From assembly GCA_965235115.1 (NCBI GenBank), contig OZ249436.1, positions 2,730,001-2,794,000 of the forward strand: 64,000 nt of DNA, given 5' to 3'. Shown here in pieces: positions 48,985 through 60,908 of this stretch. The notes under the pieces are model-generated. The model made no database searches and was not told where the DNA came from. It worked only from the letters and a program-made list of their open reading frames with translations. The position numbers were made by a program, and so were the translations under genes. Position 1 is the stretch's first letter, and each line of letters opens with the position of its first letter. The DNA comes from Laetmonice hystrix. Taxonomy: Eukaryota.

Positions 48985-51900
48985 ATGTCGACGAATTTTC
49001 CTCGGAGACGGTCGGTAAGTTGATTTTATAACTAACGAGTACATGATATATACACCGACATCGTCATGGATAGGTAGGGTAGTTTCCCAGGATATTACAC
49101 CCGTCATTTACAGCCTGTTTGTCTGCTGGTCTTTTCGGACACGCAGACTCGCCACGTGTGAGGTCAGACTGCCTGTCTTTGAAATCTGCCAAGGCTTGAA
49201 CCTGTATAACGTCTGCACTTGTTATACCATAGGGTCTAAATGTGAACAAATTCAGTAAAGGAAAGTTCGGTAAAGAAAACAACCTCAACAATGAGAACTC
49301 GAATACATTATATTGAAAAGTGAACCGACATTCACCAAAACATTTTGAGTATTTATAGTTCTCTTGGATACACCTCGGACGCCCGGTGAAGGCGTCAAGG
49401 CCACTGGCCGCTCGTATAGGTGTTCGTTACATCATGGACTTTGATTCACTTCTCTGTTTGCTCTGCTGAATAACTTGAGGCGGGTTCTCGGACGGTTAAA
49501 GCTGGCACGGCCCATATTTGAATTTCGTATACCTGTCTCGGCGGTATCGCCGTGTCGGGGATCCTATAACGTTCATCAATCTGTGGCGAATAGTGCGGGG
49601 CAATAAAATAAGATACCATCAGCAAGAACAGCTAGGGAACAGAAAGCCGTGTGTAAGATAACATAAGATACAATCGGCAAGAACAGCTAGGGAAAAGAAA
49701 GCCGTGTATAAGAAACTAAATTAGAAGAAACGGTTTCAGGATTCTGAAAAGGCTGATATGTGTTCATATGTATAAAAATGACATCAGATCACAGAGTCCT
49801 CCTTATGGACGTGTTCTTCCCCTGCAGAAGGACAATCGGATTTGTCGGTTTTTCATCAGTTGGCGTGGATGCCGGGAGGGCAATGAGTGTAACTTTCTCC
49901 ACCCGTTGGATGCTCCGAGATGCAAGTTCTTTGGGTAAGGATGAGGGGGAAATGTACGTGTACCCTGAACGAGTCTCTATGGCTCTCATGTAAAAGGTTA
50001 CCATGGTTATATCATTGTTAAAAAAATATAAGGTTCACAAATCTGTTATCATATACACACGAAGAAACATGATAAGATAAGTTTCCCGCCAGAAGATGTG
50101 ATACACTGTAGTTGTATGTAATGGTCACCGTCTGGCTACAGGACCAAGCGTGGTTGCCGCAGTGGCCATTGGTGTCGCTACCTACACGGCAGCCCAGGCT
50201 CTGGCCCTCCTGATGCGGCCTCGTCTTTCTTCAAGAAGCTTGACCAGGCTCTAGGGCCGAAGACAAGCAAGGTACTGAAAAATACTCTTTTTTCCACATT
50301 TTTTCGAGCTACAGCAGTGCGATAACGTGACGGTGTGATGCCATAATCAGGGTTCACAAAGGGTCTGGAAAACATAATTTTCTGGAAAGTCATGGAAAAG
50401 TCATGGAACTTTGCAAAACTTCCAAGTCCTGGAGAATTCATGGAATTTTAACACTCTTGACATCGATTCTTTCTTTTTTTTTGTCGTTAATAAATATGAC
50501 TACTCTCTTATATATTGGTTTTGTAAGAAATACTTTCTTATAGAAACTTAGATATTCCTTTTGGTTAAAATTCTATTTTATATTTGTCAGGAATTATAAT
50601 GGTAGTTTTAAGGTACCCAAAATATCGATAGTCATGTTCCTTCTGTCTGGAAATTTAGCTTTTGTTCTAGAAAAGTCATGAAACTTTTTTCTCAGATTTT
50701 ATTGGGAACTCTGATAGTATGCCCTCGGTTACGCTTCGAGTATATTATCACGTTATATTGACAATGTCTCGATCTCACGGCGTCATGCACTATCTATTAC
50801 ATCTGCCCGAGGTGCCGTTGTTATAGTCTATTATAGAAGACTGTTTTCTGGAGAGGGTGGACGAGACTGCTGACGATGAAGATGTCGAGTACCATGGTAC
50901 TGACCGGCGGTCAAGGGGCACACAGACCGACAGACAACCCGAGTTCATCTACTGTGGTATGAACCTGAAACAGGGAGAGTGGGGTGCGAGGGAATGTGAA
51001 CGAGAGAGGGGTGGGGGAGGTAGGGTGGGGAAGGAGAAAGCGGGAGAGGGGTGGAGAGAGAGATAGAGAGGGAGTGCGGGGTCGGGGGGGGGGGTCGGGA
51101 TGGGTGGATGGAGGGAGGGGAAGGGGAAAGCGAGAGAGGGAAAAGTTTAACAAAGAATTGGATCGTGTGTGAGTGAGAATAGAAGACCAGCATATTGAAT
51201 GTCAACTTACATCCTAATAAGTTCATAACATGTCAGTTTCTGGTCTGCTAAACGTCTGGATCTAGCACCAAGTTTCCTATTATCATATTTCCTATTTCAC
51301 CAGAACCAAGACCAAAAACTTGGTGGATGTCGGTATATTTCAGGGGAGTGTGGGGAGGAGTTTAAATACGGAAGGACCGTGTACCAGAGCCTACAGCGAC
51401 ACTACATTGACAAGCTGGCCGGGGCCGACTACCAGCATCTCCGATTCTTCAAGTGTAACTCACAGCTACGTCGGAATGATGCATACTGCACTGCTTGTGG
51501 AGAGGTACAGACACAAATGGTCTGGTGCTATTGGTGCGATAGCCCGATATCGCACGGTCTTTGACATTGTATTCATGAAGTCAATCTGGTTAGATTCCCA
51601 ATACTTGTGTTAAAGCTCAAGTTGAGGGAATATGGCGAGCGATCTCAGACAGACAATGCTCTGGTTTTCTGGGCATGGGGAGGGCGGGGGGGTTGTGAAA
51701 GAGATAGCGTAGAGGATATGATACCCGTTCTCGAAGGGCCTGAGAGGCCTCTCCCAATCAGGTTTAAAGGTGCTATTCGTCTCGCACAGAATGGCATTTC
51801 TCCTATCATACATTGTGCACATAGTACTAGAAAAAATTCCTACCGATACCATTGGCCTGATGAACCTTCTATTAGTCTGTGAGCAGCATTTGAGCCATTT

Positions 51901-54900
51901 CCTATGGTGGGGTGTGTTAGGGTCTCCCCAGGCCTTCTGAGAGAGCCCCATTTGTGCCGTTATCCATGAAAAATTTTGATTTCCTTTGTTGTGAATCTAT
52001 TTCCATGATAGGTGGGATCACATAAACGTCAACAAAATAAAAAATAAAAAAATTGAACTTTTTTCCACGAATAGCACCTTTAATATAATAGGATTCATCA
52101 TTTTTGATGACAAATGTTGGGTCCCGAAATGATGGCAGATGTCCCTCCCCGTTCCCATTGTACTTGTACACGTGTATGTGATGTGTTTGTGACAGTGGTT
52201 TCGGTCCGTGGAAGGACTCCTGCAGCACATGGGTAGTCGTGTGGCCGGAATCTCGGTATCAAGTCTGCAGGTCGAACACCAGAACTTCTTTAAGAAACTC
52301 ACGGAGCCTTTTGTCGGTAGGTGTGGGTTCCATTCACCCACGTATCGTTTAGCCCACCTTCTTGTGGCTCCATATTGATCAATTGTGCAACTTTATCTGC
52401 TGTATGTGTGTAAAATGTCAGTAAAATGTCTAGTGGTTTTGTGTAGTGTAATAACCAACATTTATGTCGTTAAGATCGCGACTTGTCGCTGTCTGGGGCC
52501 GAGTTTGATACCATTGGAATCATTCGAGAACTCTACTTCGTGGAGAGAGACGAAGTGCCGGTGGGGGAGGTAGAAAAAGAGGTTTGTGTTCATGAAAATA
52601 ATCAAATATTGGTAATCCGGAGCAGATTATGCCAAATAGTAGGCGTACGTGTCAAAGCATCACAAGATCCGGACCTCGCTAAGTAGGAAATACATTTACG
52701 GTACTACAAATCTCTTTTGATGTACAATTTATTTGAATCTGTAATGTTTTCTTATTAAGGGGGCTACATCAAAGGTTAAGGTCGCCCAGAAGAAGGAAGG
52801 AACAACTGATGCTAACAACAATGAGATGAAAGCGGTCAACATCAAGTGTGGTAAGGACGGTCATTTTCTATGTTAACGTACTTACGAGATTGAGGGGCGA
52901 GAACAGGGATAAGATGAGGATTAGGTGTGGGGTATAGGATTAGGTGCAGGGCTATATTACTTATGGGGCTATAGGAGCAGGTGTGGGGCTATAGCAGTAG
53001 GTGCGGGGCTATATTAGTTATGGGGCTATAGGAGCAGGTGTGGGGCTATAGCAGTAGGTGCGGGGCTATATTAGTTACCTTAACGTTTCTTTTGCCTGTC
53101 GGTAGGCCTCTACATGAGAGTTGATTCCTGCCTTTAAGCGAAGAAGTTAAGGAAATCTCCGTTTGTTTTGCTCTGTGGGACTTGAGTTGGTAATCTCGCT
53201 GTTACTCCCTGCCTCAGTCGGACTCTGTCTGCTCCAGGTGAATGTGGCCAGGATTTCTCCGAACCCAATCTCTATGACAACCTCCAGCGTCACTACATGG
53301 ACCAATTCGGACGAGCTTGTTATGACCATATCAGTATTTTCAAACGGAATAAAGACTTGCAGGGAGAGGTGTCTTGTGCTGCCTGCGGTAGGGTAAGTGT
53401 ACACAGTGTCTTGTGCCGCCTGCGGTAGGGTAGGTGTACACAGTCCTTGCATACGCCCAAGCCAGCTGATTTTAATCCTGTATTGTCGATATGTCAGAGA
53501 CAGAGAAGCGTGGGAAGGGGAGGCCAATTGCTTTATAATTTTACATTTTCCTCTGCTCGCCAGTTGTTCGCGTCAGCCGTCGGCCTTCTGCAGCATCTTG
53601 GCAGCAAGCTAGATTCGCTCCAGCCGCACTCAGTTGAGTCCCACAGGACAATCTTCTGGATCATCACTGACCCCTTTGTTGGTAAGCAAGAACTAAACCT
53701 TCGAATATTACTGCTATACATGTAAATATCACTTTTTTTAAATCAAGTTTCCATATCACTTAAACAACATAACAGAAGTTTAAAATACGATACTACAGAG
53801 GGCAGTCAAGACCGTCAGAAACGGAGTGTTCACGAGAGAATTCAGTCCTCTACCTGATTGAAAATATGTTAAAATGTATAAAATGCTATTTGGCGTTCAC
53901 AGAGCGTGACATTGGCCTCATCACGGGAAAGGAGTCGGTGATCGTTCAGCCGTTGCTCCCCATCCTACACCGCCACCTGGTGGACTCGCCCAACAAGAAG
54001 CCGTCTACAGTCGTTGATTACAGCGTCGACTACAAGGAGAGTGACGATGAATCCCTGCACATGGCTGAGTACTTCAGGTAGACCTACACTCAGCTAGAGT
54101 CCCAGTACGCATACACACAGAGTCACAGTACCCATACACTCAGCTAGAGTCCCAGTACACATACACTCGGCTACAGTCCCAGTACACATACACTCAGCTA
54201 CAGTCCCAGTACACATACACTCAGCTAGAGTCCCAGTACACATACACTCAGCTAGAGTCCCAGTACGCATACACACAGAGTCCCAGTAGGCATACACTCA
54301 GCTAGAGTCCCAGTACGCATACACTCAGCTAGAGTCCCAGTACCCATACACTCAGCTAGAGTCCCAGTACCCATACACTCAGAGAGTCCCAGTACACCTA
54401 CACTCAGCTAGAGTCCCAGTACGGTAGAGTCCCAGTACGCATACACTCAGAGAGTCCCAGTACACACACACATAGTCCCAGTACGCATACACTCAGCTAG
54501 AGTCCCAGTATGCATACACTCAGAGTCCCAGTACACATACACTCGGCTGGAGTCCCAGTACCCATACACTCAGCTAGAGTCCCAGTACCCATACACTCAG
54601 CTAGAGTCCCAGTACCCATTCACTCAGAGAGTCCCAGTACCCATACACTCAGCTAGAGTCCCAGTACCCATACACTCAGCTAGAGTCCCAGTATGCATAC
54701 ACTCAGAGTCCCAGTACACATACACTCGGCTGGAGTCCCAGTACCCATACACTCAGCTAGAGTCCCAGTACCCATACACTCAGCTAGAGTCCCAGTACCC
54801 ATACACTCAGCTAGAGTCCCAGTACGCTAGAGTCCCAGTACGCATACACTCAGAGTCCCAGTACGCATACACACAGAGTCCCAATACCCATACACTCAGA

Positions 54901-57826
54901 GACTTCAGGCTTGCTCCCCCCCCCCATCCAGGTATCCTTTGACACCCCTGTTAACAAGGAGGGATAATGATAAACATACTTCCTAATATACTTAGCCACC
55001 ACAGTGCAGTAGGCTTCGTACCACTCCACGCAGTTACCATGTACCTGTGTTCACTGTAAAACGTTTTACTTTGTTCTAACCCACTGAAATGACGTCCAAT
55101 GGACATGTAAGACAGATCCTTGCAATTTCTACTGCGAATAAACGTACACCACGTACACACTACGTACTAGGAACGTAGGTTGTGCAGGCGTGATGCGTAA
55201 TGCGTATTCATCAAAATCAATGAAAATAAGTTGCAGTGATCCCATATGTGCGTAATGCGTTGTTTTGATTACGCACTACGAAATCCGCACTTTCGGACAC
55301 ATGGATTCTTGGCTTTTGACCTTTATTCTTACGGACCACCAGTAATTTTGATGGTTTTGTTCCGTTTCCAGCAAGGTAAACGCCCATCGGGCTAAGATGT
55401 CGAAGAAAGAGTATGATGACGACGAGAGAGAGCGGTCTCTCCACGAGGGGTTTACGAAGGCTGAAGTTGACCAGCTTCATAGTAGGGGTATGGAACCCCA
55501 CAGCCCAGGAGCGTTCGAGACTCTAAACGTCCTTACCAGCAGCAGCGGCGACGGCGATGAGAACACACGCGCAGCCAAGAACCACAGACGGAAGACCAGC
55601 AAGACGTCATCATGGTTACGATCGCCTCAAGCGAGGAAGGACAGTCTCGTTTTGTATGAATCCCAATCTCCCGGGAAACAATCGACCCCTCAAAAGAAGC
55701 CGCTCTTCCCCGACACCAGTATCAATGAGGCGGACACAGAAGGCGAGAAGAAGGACGACATGGGGGAAGCTCGGGTGAGGAGGAACAAGAAGAAGAGACC
55801 ACGAAAGAGAAAGGGCTCCAAGGGTGACGTCAGCCAAACAAGTGCTGACGAGGTCAAGGAGGACGGATCTTCAGAGCCGGAGAAAAAACAAGGGTCAGAA
55901 GTGGCTGAGCAAAATACTACTGGGCAAAGGTCAATTGACGACACAGCTGAACCAACTGTGAAACCTAAAGTAGGAACCAGTAAGCCAGAACCTGAATCAC
56001 CTGGAAAAAGTAAAGATCGAACTGGGTCCCCTAGAAAGAGTGACAAACCAAAATCAAAGGATCAAAAGCCTGCCCATGCGGCAGCCATAAAGGCTAGTAA
56101 GGGGGACCAACCCGGACAACACATGAAGGCTAAGAAGGATGATATCACAGAACAAAGTCCAAAACCAAAAAAGGGTGACCGAGTCAAGGTCACTCCAAAG
56201 CTCAAAAAAGGCGGTCAGGCAGAAAAACCGACTGAGGATAACAAGGGCACGAAAGCTGCTCAAGGGCAACAGGTGAAGCAATCCCCAAAGCCTGGTCCAG
56301 CTACTGCTGAATTAGAAAAACCAAAAACCAAAAGAGAAAAGAAAGGCCCAAGGCGTGGTAGAAGAAGAAGTAGTACAGATGGTAAAACCGATAAAAATAA
56401 CGTGACTGGAAGCCCAGGGTTCGAACCCAGTACGTCACAATCTGAACGTAACAGCCCGGCCATAACTGTCACGGAACCGGATGCTAGCGTTGCGTGCGCA
56501 GATCCGGATTCAAAGAGTGATGAGGTAAGGAAGAGTCCTGACTCCGAGACGGTCAGTGAGCCTACACCTACCGATCAAACAGGTACCGAGGTAGGAGAGT
56601 CGGCCCAACCAGAGGATTCCATCAAACCAAACAATGAGGATGATCACACAGCAGGTGAAGTGAAGGCAGATGTCATAGTTGACAACCAGGAAGAGAAAAT
56701 CGAAGCCTCAAAAGCAACCACTTTGGAAACTATTGAGGAAGCGCATCAGTCCGAGAAATGCGTGGTATTCAGTGTTTATGGAAAGTTCGATAGCAGTAAT
56801 TCAGAGAGAGATCCTGAGGATGTTGTGAAAGATGTCAAAGACAAGTCTCATGATGACACAACACCTGCTCCAAGTAGTATGGCAGCTGGGGTTGATCTGG
56901 GCACACCAGAATGTCATCCCTCGGCTTCCCAAACGATGCAATCAGCAGTAGAGTCAGGGGATTGTCAGATGACCGCCACAAACGATGACTCGGCAGCAGC
57001 CATGAAGAAGGAACAAACAGCCACAAAAAGTGACTTAGCAATGCCCAAGGAGGATGACCAAGCAGTGGCTGAAAATCCGAACGAAAGCAGAAGTTATGCA
57101 GACGCGGTAACCAAAGGCCCCGGATGTTCGGATGATGGAAGCTCAGCACACACAAAATCTGGTCCTCACTGTCAGGACTCTGTGAAAGTAACAGTAGCTG
57201 ACTCCCTCACTAAACAGGCATCGCCTACAGCTGACGGTGGTGAAGTGCCAGGTGAGTCTAAATCTATGTCAGAAAACGCCTGTAAGCAAGAAGATCCCCC
57301 AAACTCGGCCAAAGATGGGGAAAGCCCCTCCGATAAGAAACATAGCACCCCACAGGAGGTCACCAGACCGTCTGTCCAAACTGAACCGCTCGTTTCAACA
57401 ACAGAATCGTTAGAGGAGGTTATACCCAACCAGTCGATGGCAAAGATCGACCAGGTTGAAGACAGGAAACGGAAGTCAGATGAAGAGCAGACCTACGGCT
57501 CCGTCACAAATGGAGGGGGCTCTCTGAAAGAAGAACCCACAACTGATGACGACCAGAAAGCCGATGCTTGGACACTTGTTGGTAAAACAAAAAGACGTGC
57601 AAAAGACCGAGGGGTCAAAAGTTCAGCTGACACAACGGACCAAGAGGTTGAGCGTTCACTGGAGCCGTGCAGCTCCCCGGACATGGACGAGGAAGCCCAG
57701 CCCACGGCCACGTGTACACAGGAGGAACACGTGGAGACACTGACCGAGGTCAAAAGTCAAGAGGAGCCAGGAAAGGCGGACCACCAGGATACTGGAGGAG
57801 AGGAAGCAGCGTGTGAACTGGCCTGA
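48985..57826 (+). CDS. Uncharacterised zinc-finger protein: 2x CCCH, duplicated Cys/His (C2H2-like) module, long charged low-complexity tail; ~1259 aa
   Basis: Phase-consistent exons 48985-49014 (in-frame ATGs also at 48964/48970), 49828-49934, 50142-50271, 50827-50956, 51344-51504, 52196-52316, 52475-52581, 52760-52850, 53238-53392, 53564-53681, 53903-54077, 55372-57826; CRFFISWRGCREGNECNFLH and CKFFGTKRGCRSGHWCRYLH; CRE/CCAAT at 48867-48892. Confidence 0.82.
50349..50714. mobile_element. MITE, CAGGG termini, degenerate 5-bp TSD
   Basis: cagggttcaca / tgggaactctg; ataat vs atagt flanks; internal gtcatggaa repeats. Confidence 0.6.
51768..52079. mobile_element. Kolobok-type MITE (312 bp), TTAA TSD
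   Basis: TTAA-AGGTGCTATTCGT ... ACGAATAGCACCT-TTAA; second copy at window start. Confidence 0.85.
54083..54900. repeat. ~28-bp minisatellite starting just after a splice donor
   Basis: catacactcagctagagtcccagtaccc and variants. Confidence 0.95.
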
Positions 57827-58125
57827 TGGAAGGTCGCTTACAATGTGATGCTGCGGTGTGAACTGGCCTGATGGAAAGGTCGCTTACAATGTGCTGCAGA
57901 ACCAGTTAGAAAGTCTGTGAACTGGCCTTACAGAAAGATCGCTTTCAATGTGTTGCTGCAGTACAAACTGGCCTAATGGAAAGATCGCTTACAATGTGAT
58001 GCTGCAGAACCAGTTAGGAAGTCTGCGAACTGACCTGATGGAAAGTCGCTTACAATGTGATGCTGCGGTGTGAACTGGCCTGATGGAAAGGTCGCTTACA
58101 ATGTGATGTCGCAGAACCAGTTAGC
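57811..58125 (+). repeat. Degenerate ~46-60 bp tandem repeat spanning the zinc-finger gene stop codon
   Basis: gtgtgaactggccTGAtggaaaggtcgcttacaatgtgatgctgc repeated ~6 times. Confidence 0.85.
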
Positions 58126-59415
58126 AAGTTGTGGGATTCCCACCCTGAGTATGTTAAGTTTATAGCTGAGAGACCACAGGTTAACAGGGTTAAAATGTAG
58201 ATTTGGCGGCTTTGTGATTCTTTCTTTTCCGAAGGGTGATAAAACAAAGAGGACGGAAGATTTTCTTTGGAACCTCTCGTTGAATTACTCGTAGTTTGTA
58301 CATTATTTCATAATATTTGTTGCACATATTCTTTTTAAAACCGAAACTAATTAAATGCACAGACAAGTTACCAATTTCTTTCATGAGGGACAAAAAGCTG
58401 TATCATGGTGTAATCCTTGCACATGCTACCTCAATTTGATTTCAGGTTGTTTATTTGCCATTTGATAAGATACTCCAGAGTGCGTTTTGAGTGTTATAAG
58501 AATATTATTTAGTGAATGTTAAAACATGACATTATTCTGTCGACTTTATGTTGCCACTGTAAATATTTTCGAATTAATTTGTGGGGTCTACATGCATCAC
58601 TGACTTTATATCTGTTGACGCCATAATGTTCTTTGTTGATGTGAGGCTTATATTGATCTTTATATATTGATCTTTGTCATTGTTTACTGGTGTCCTATTA
58701 TTAAGATTACGTACTAACGAGGGCAGTCGTGCCTGTTGACGTTAATGTTGTGCCTGAGCACCTGTTGTAGCCATAAAATGGAATAAATACTCTATTGTAG
58801 GCCTAATGTTAGTATCATGTTTCATTATTCAGGTCTTTTGCACGTATTTGAACAAGGTTAAAGATTTAATCTTTGGAGAACATTTTTAATCCCTGGTAAT
58901 ATCAATGCCTTGCCCCGAAGCCTTTCAATCCAATGCAACTCCTGTCGCTCCTCGGAAGAGAATAGGGCCGAATATCCCCACCGAAATTGGCACAGATCTA
59001 CATGTACATTTAAGAATTGGAAATATGGTTGGGTCCTTAGAAATTCTAGGCCTAAATCTTAGCGTCCCCCCCCCCCCCCCGAACCACCATTGACTTCTTA
59101 TAGCACAGTAGGACCTATAATAGGGGCCTACATAGGTCTATTAAAACGCCAATGTGAGAATTCCCGCTCAAGTCGGTGAACTGCCGTGACGTCACGGGTC
59201 AGAATATAGAATCCCCCCAGTCGTATCACTCCCACACCATAGCGTTACGAAAACGGAAGTCCTTCCACCGGACTATTTGGTAGCCTACTGACTTGTGCCA
59301 AAAATCCTGATGGAGGCATTTGGTAAGAGGTCGCTCTCGGTCAGTCGGAGCCTTCACAGGTTGAAATTTTACCACAAGAATATATGACCTACGATATGCA
59401 GACGGAACAATGTTC

Positions 59416-59487
59416 CTCCCCGACGGGGAATTGAACCCCGGTCTCCCGCGTGACAGGCGGGGATACTAACCACTATACTATCGAGGA
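59416..59487 (-). tRNA. tRNA-Asp(GTC)
   Basis: Reverse complement TCCTCGATAGTATAGTGGTTAGTATCCCCGCCTGTCACGCGGGAGACCGGGGTTCAATTCCCCGTCGGGGAG, 72 nt, canonical cloverleaf. Confidence 0.97.
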
Positions 59488-60058
59488 TGCGATTAAACGA
59501 TAAGAATGTTAAACATGATAATTTGCCGAAATATAGTGAAAAATACTTCTACCTCTGCCATCATTGGCCAGTATATTACAGATAAGATATTCAATTAGTA
59601 AATTGAGTACAAATGTCATCGTGTTTCTCTGACTAATGACCAAAGACCCCAAAACAACCCGTGTAACAGACGTCGTCTTTTTCAATTCAATGCACATGGC
59701 AAGTATTCTATTTTGGCAGCAAATTTCGCAAGGAAATATAAACAAAATGAAGTAATTAGAACAATATCAGAGCCCTATCTGTATCTGTCACATTTTGAAT
59801 AGGACATGCTGAGCTGTTTGAAATTTGAAATTTTATGCGCTAGGGAATAGGACCGGTAGGCCTAAGTGGGGGATTAAGTAGACGCTATGGCCCGAATCAT
59901 AATTACGACATTATGAGACATCGTTTTGCATTATTCAATGTAAATTGCAGGCCTACTGATATGAGACTCTTAATTTTCTAAAACATAAGTTTCCAATGTC
60001 AGGAATCCAGTGCAAAAATGTATGTATTAACATACGATATGCAGATGGAAAACTATTC

Positions 60059-60130
60059 CTCCCCGACGGGGAATTGAACCCCGGTCTCCCGCGTGACAGG
60101 CGGGGATACTAACCACTATACTATCGAGGA
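60059..60130 (-). tRNA. tRNA-Asp(GTC)
   Basis: Identical 72-nt sequence; T4 terminator 6 nt downstream. Confidence 0.97.
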
Positions 60131-60305
60131 CTGGATATAATATTAACTTTATATTCACCAATGGATACGATTAATATCCAGGTGTTGTTGTTTTACCCGA
60201 TTTGTTTTGTCGTCAGTCACAGGAACACGATAACATTTGTAACTAATGTACTAATTGAATATCTTATCTCTTGTATGTATGACCAAACAAAAAACAAGTA
60301 AAAGA

Positions 60306-60564
60306 CAGGGTTTCCGCAAGAAAAAAATTCGGGTACGGACCAGAGGAGGGGTTAGGGTTAGGGTTAGGGTTAGCCTAACCCTAACCCTAACTGCTGTTAC
60401 AGATATGTGAATTAATCAAATAAAGACTGCATATACTGTACAACATTATATTTGATTCCTTCAAGTTGCTCAAGGCATCACCAGGAGATTTTTATCACTT
60501 CATGGAAAAATGGTTACCCAAGGGTACGGAATTTTACCCATTTTACCCTCTGGCGGAAACCCTG
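60306..60564. mobile_element. MITE with CAGGG termini carrying opposed TTAGGG/CCCTAA repeats
   Basis: cagggtttccgc / gcggaaaccctg; aaaga/gaaga flanks; absent from the paralogous flank near 59640-59680. Confidence 0.7.
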
Positions 60565-60836
60565 GAAGAGGGTCGTCTTTTTCAATTCAATGGCAAATAC
60601 TAGGCCTATGTTTTAAAATTTCGCGAGAAAATATAGGCCTAAACAAAATGAAGAAATTAGTGTCAGTATTCTAGAGTTAAGGCCTCCGAGAGTATCATAC
60701 CAATGAGTTTTAAGATTTTTACAGTTTTAGAGTTTTTGCCAGTTGACCTTGACTTTAACTCAGTCACCACAATATGGTACAACAGCTGAATATTAATCGT
60801 ATTCGTTTGTGAATATAAATCTATGAACATATCCAG

Positions 60837-60908
60837 TCCTCGATAGTATAGTGGTTAGTATCCCCGCCTGTCACGCGGGAGACCGGGGTTCAATTCCCCG
60901 TCGGGGAG
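60837..60908 (+). tRNA. tRNA-Asp(GTC)
   Basis: Identical 72-nt sequence on + strand; followed by gaagagtttt. Confidence 0.97.

Noticed and set aside
49043..49258. Cys-rich ORF as an exon of the zinc-finger gene
   Set aside because: Phase incompatible with exon 1 and ends in a stop; the model is complete without it.
55397..57826. Stand-alone 809-aa gene or transposon ORF
   Set aside because: Preceded by an in-phase acceptor at 55371; no transposase or RT motifs; it is the last exon of the upstream gene.
60349..60391. Ancestral chromosome end-to-end fusion site
   Set aside because: Only ~7 hexamers, enclosed in a TIR element that is absent from the paralogous flank.
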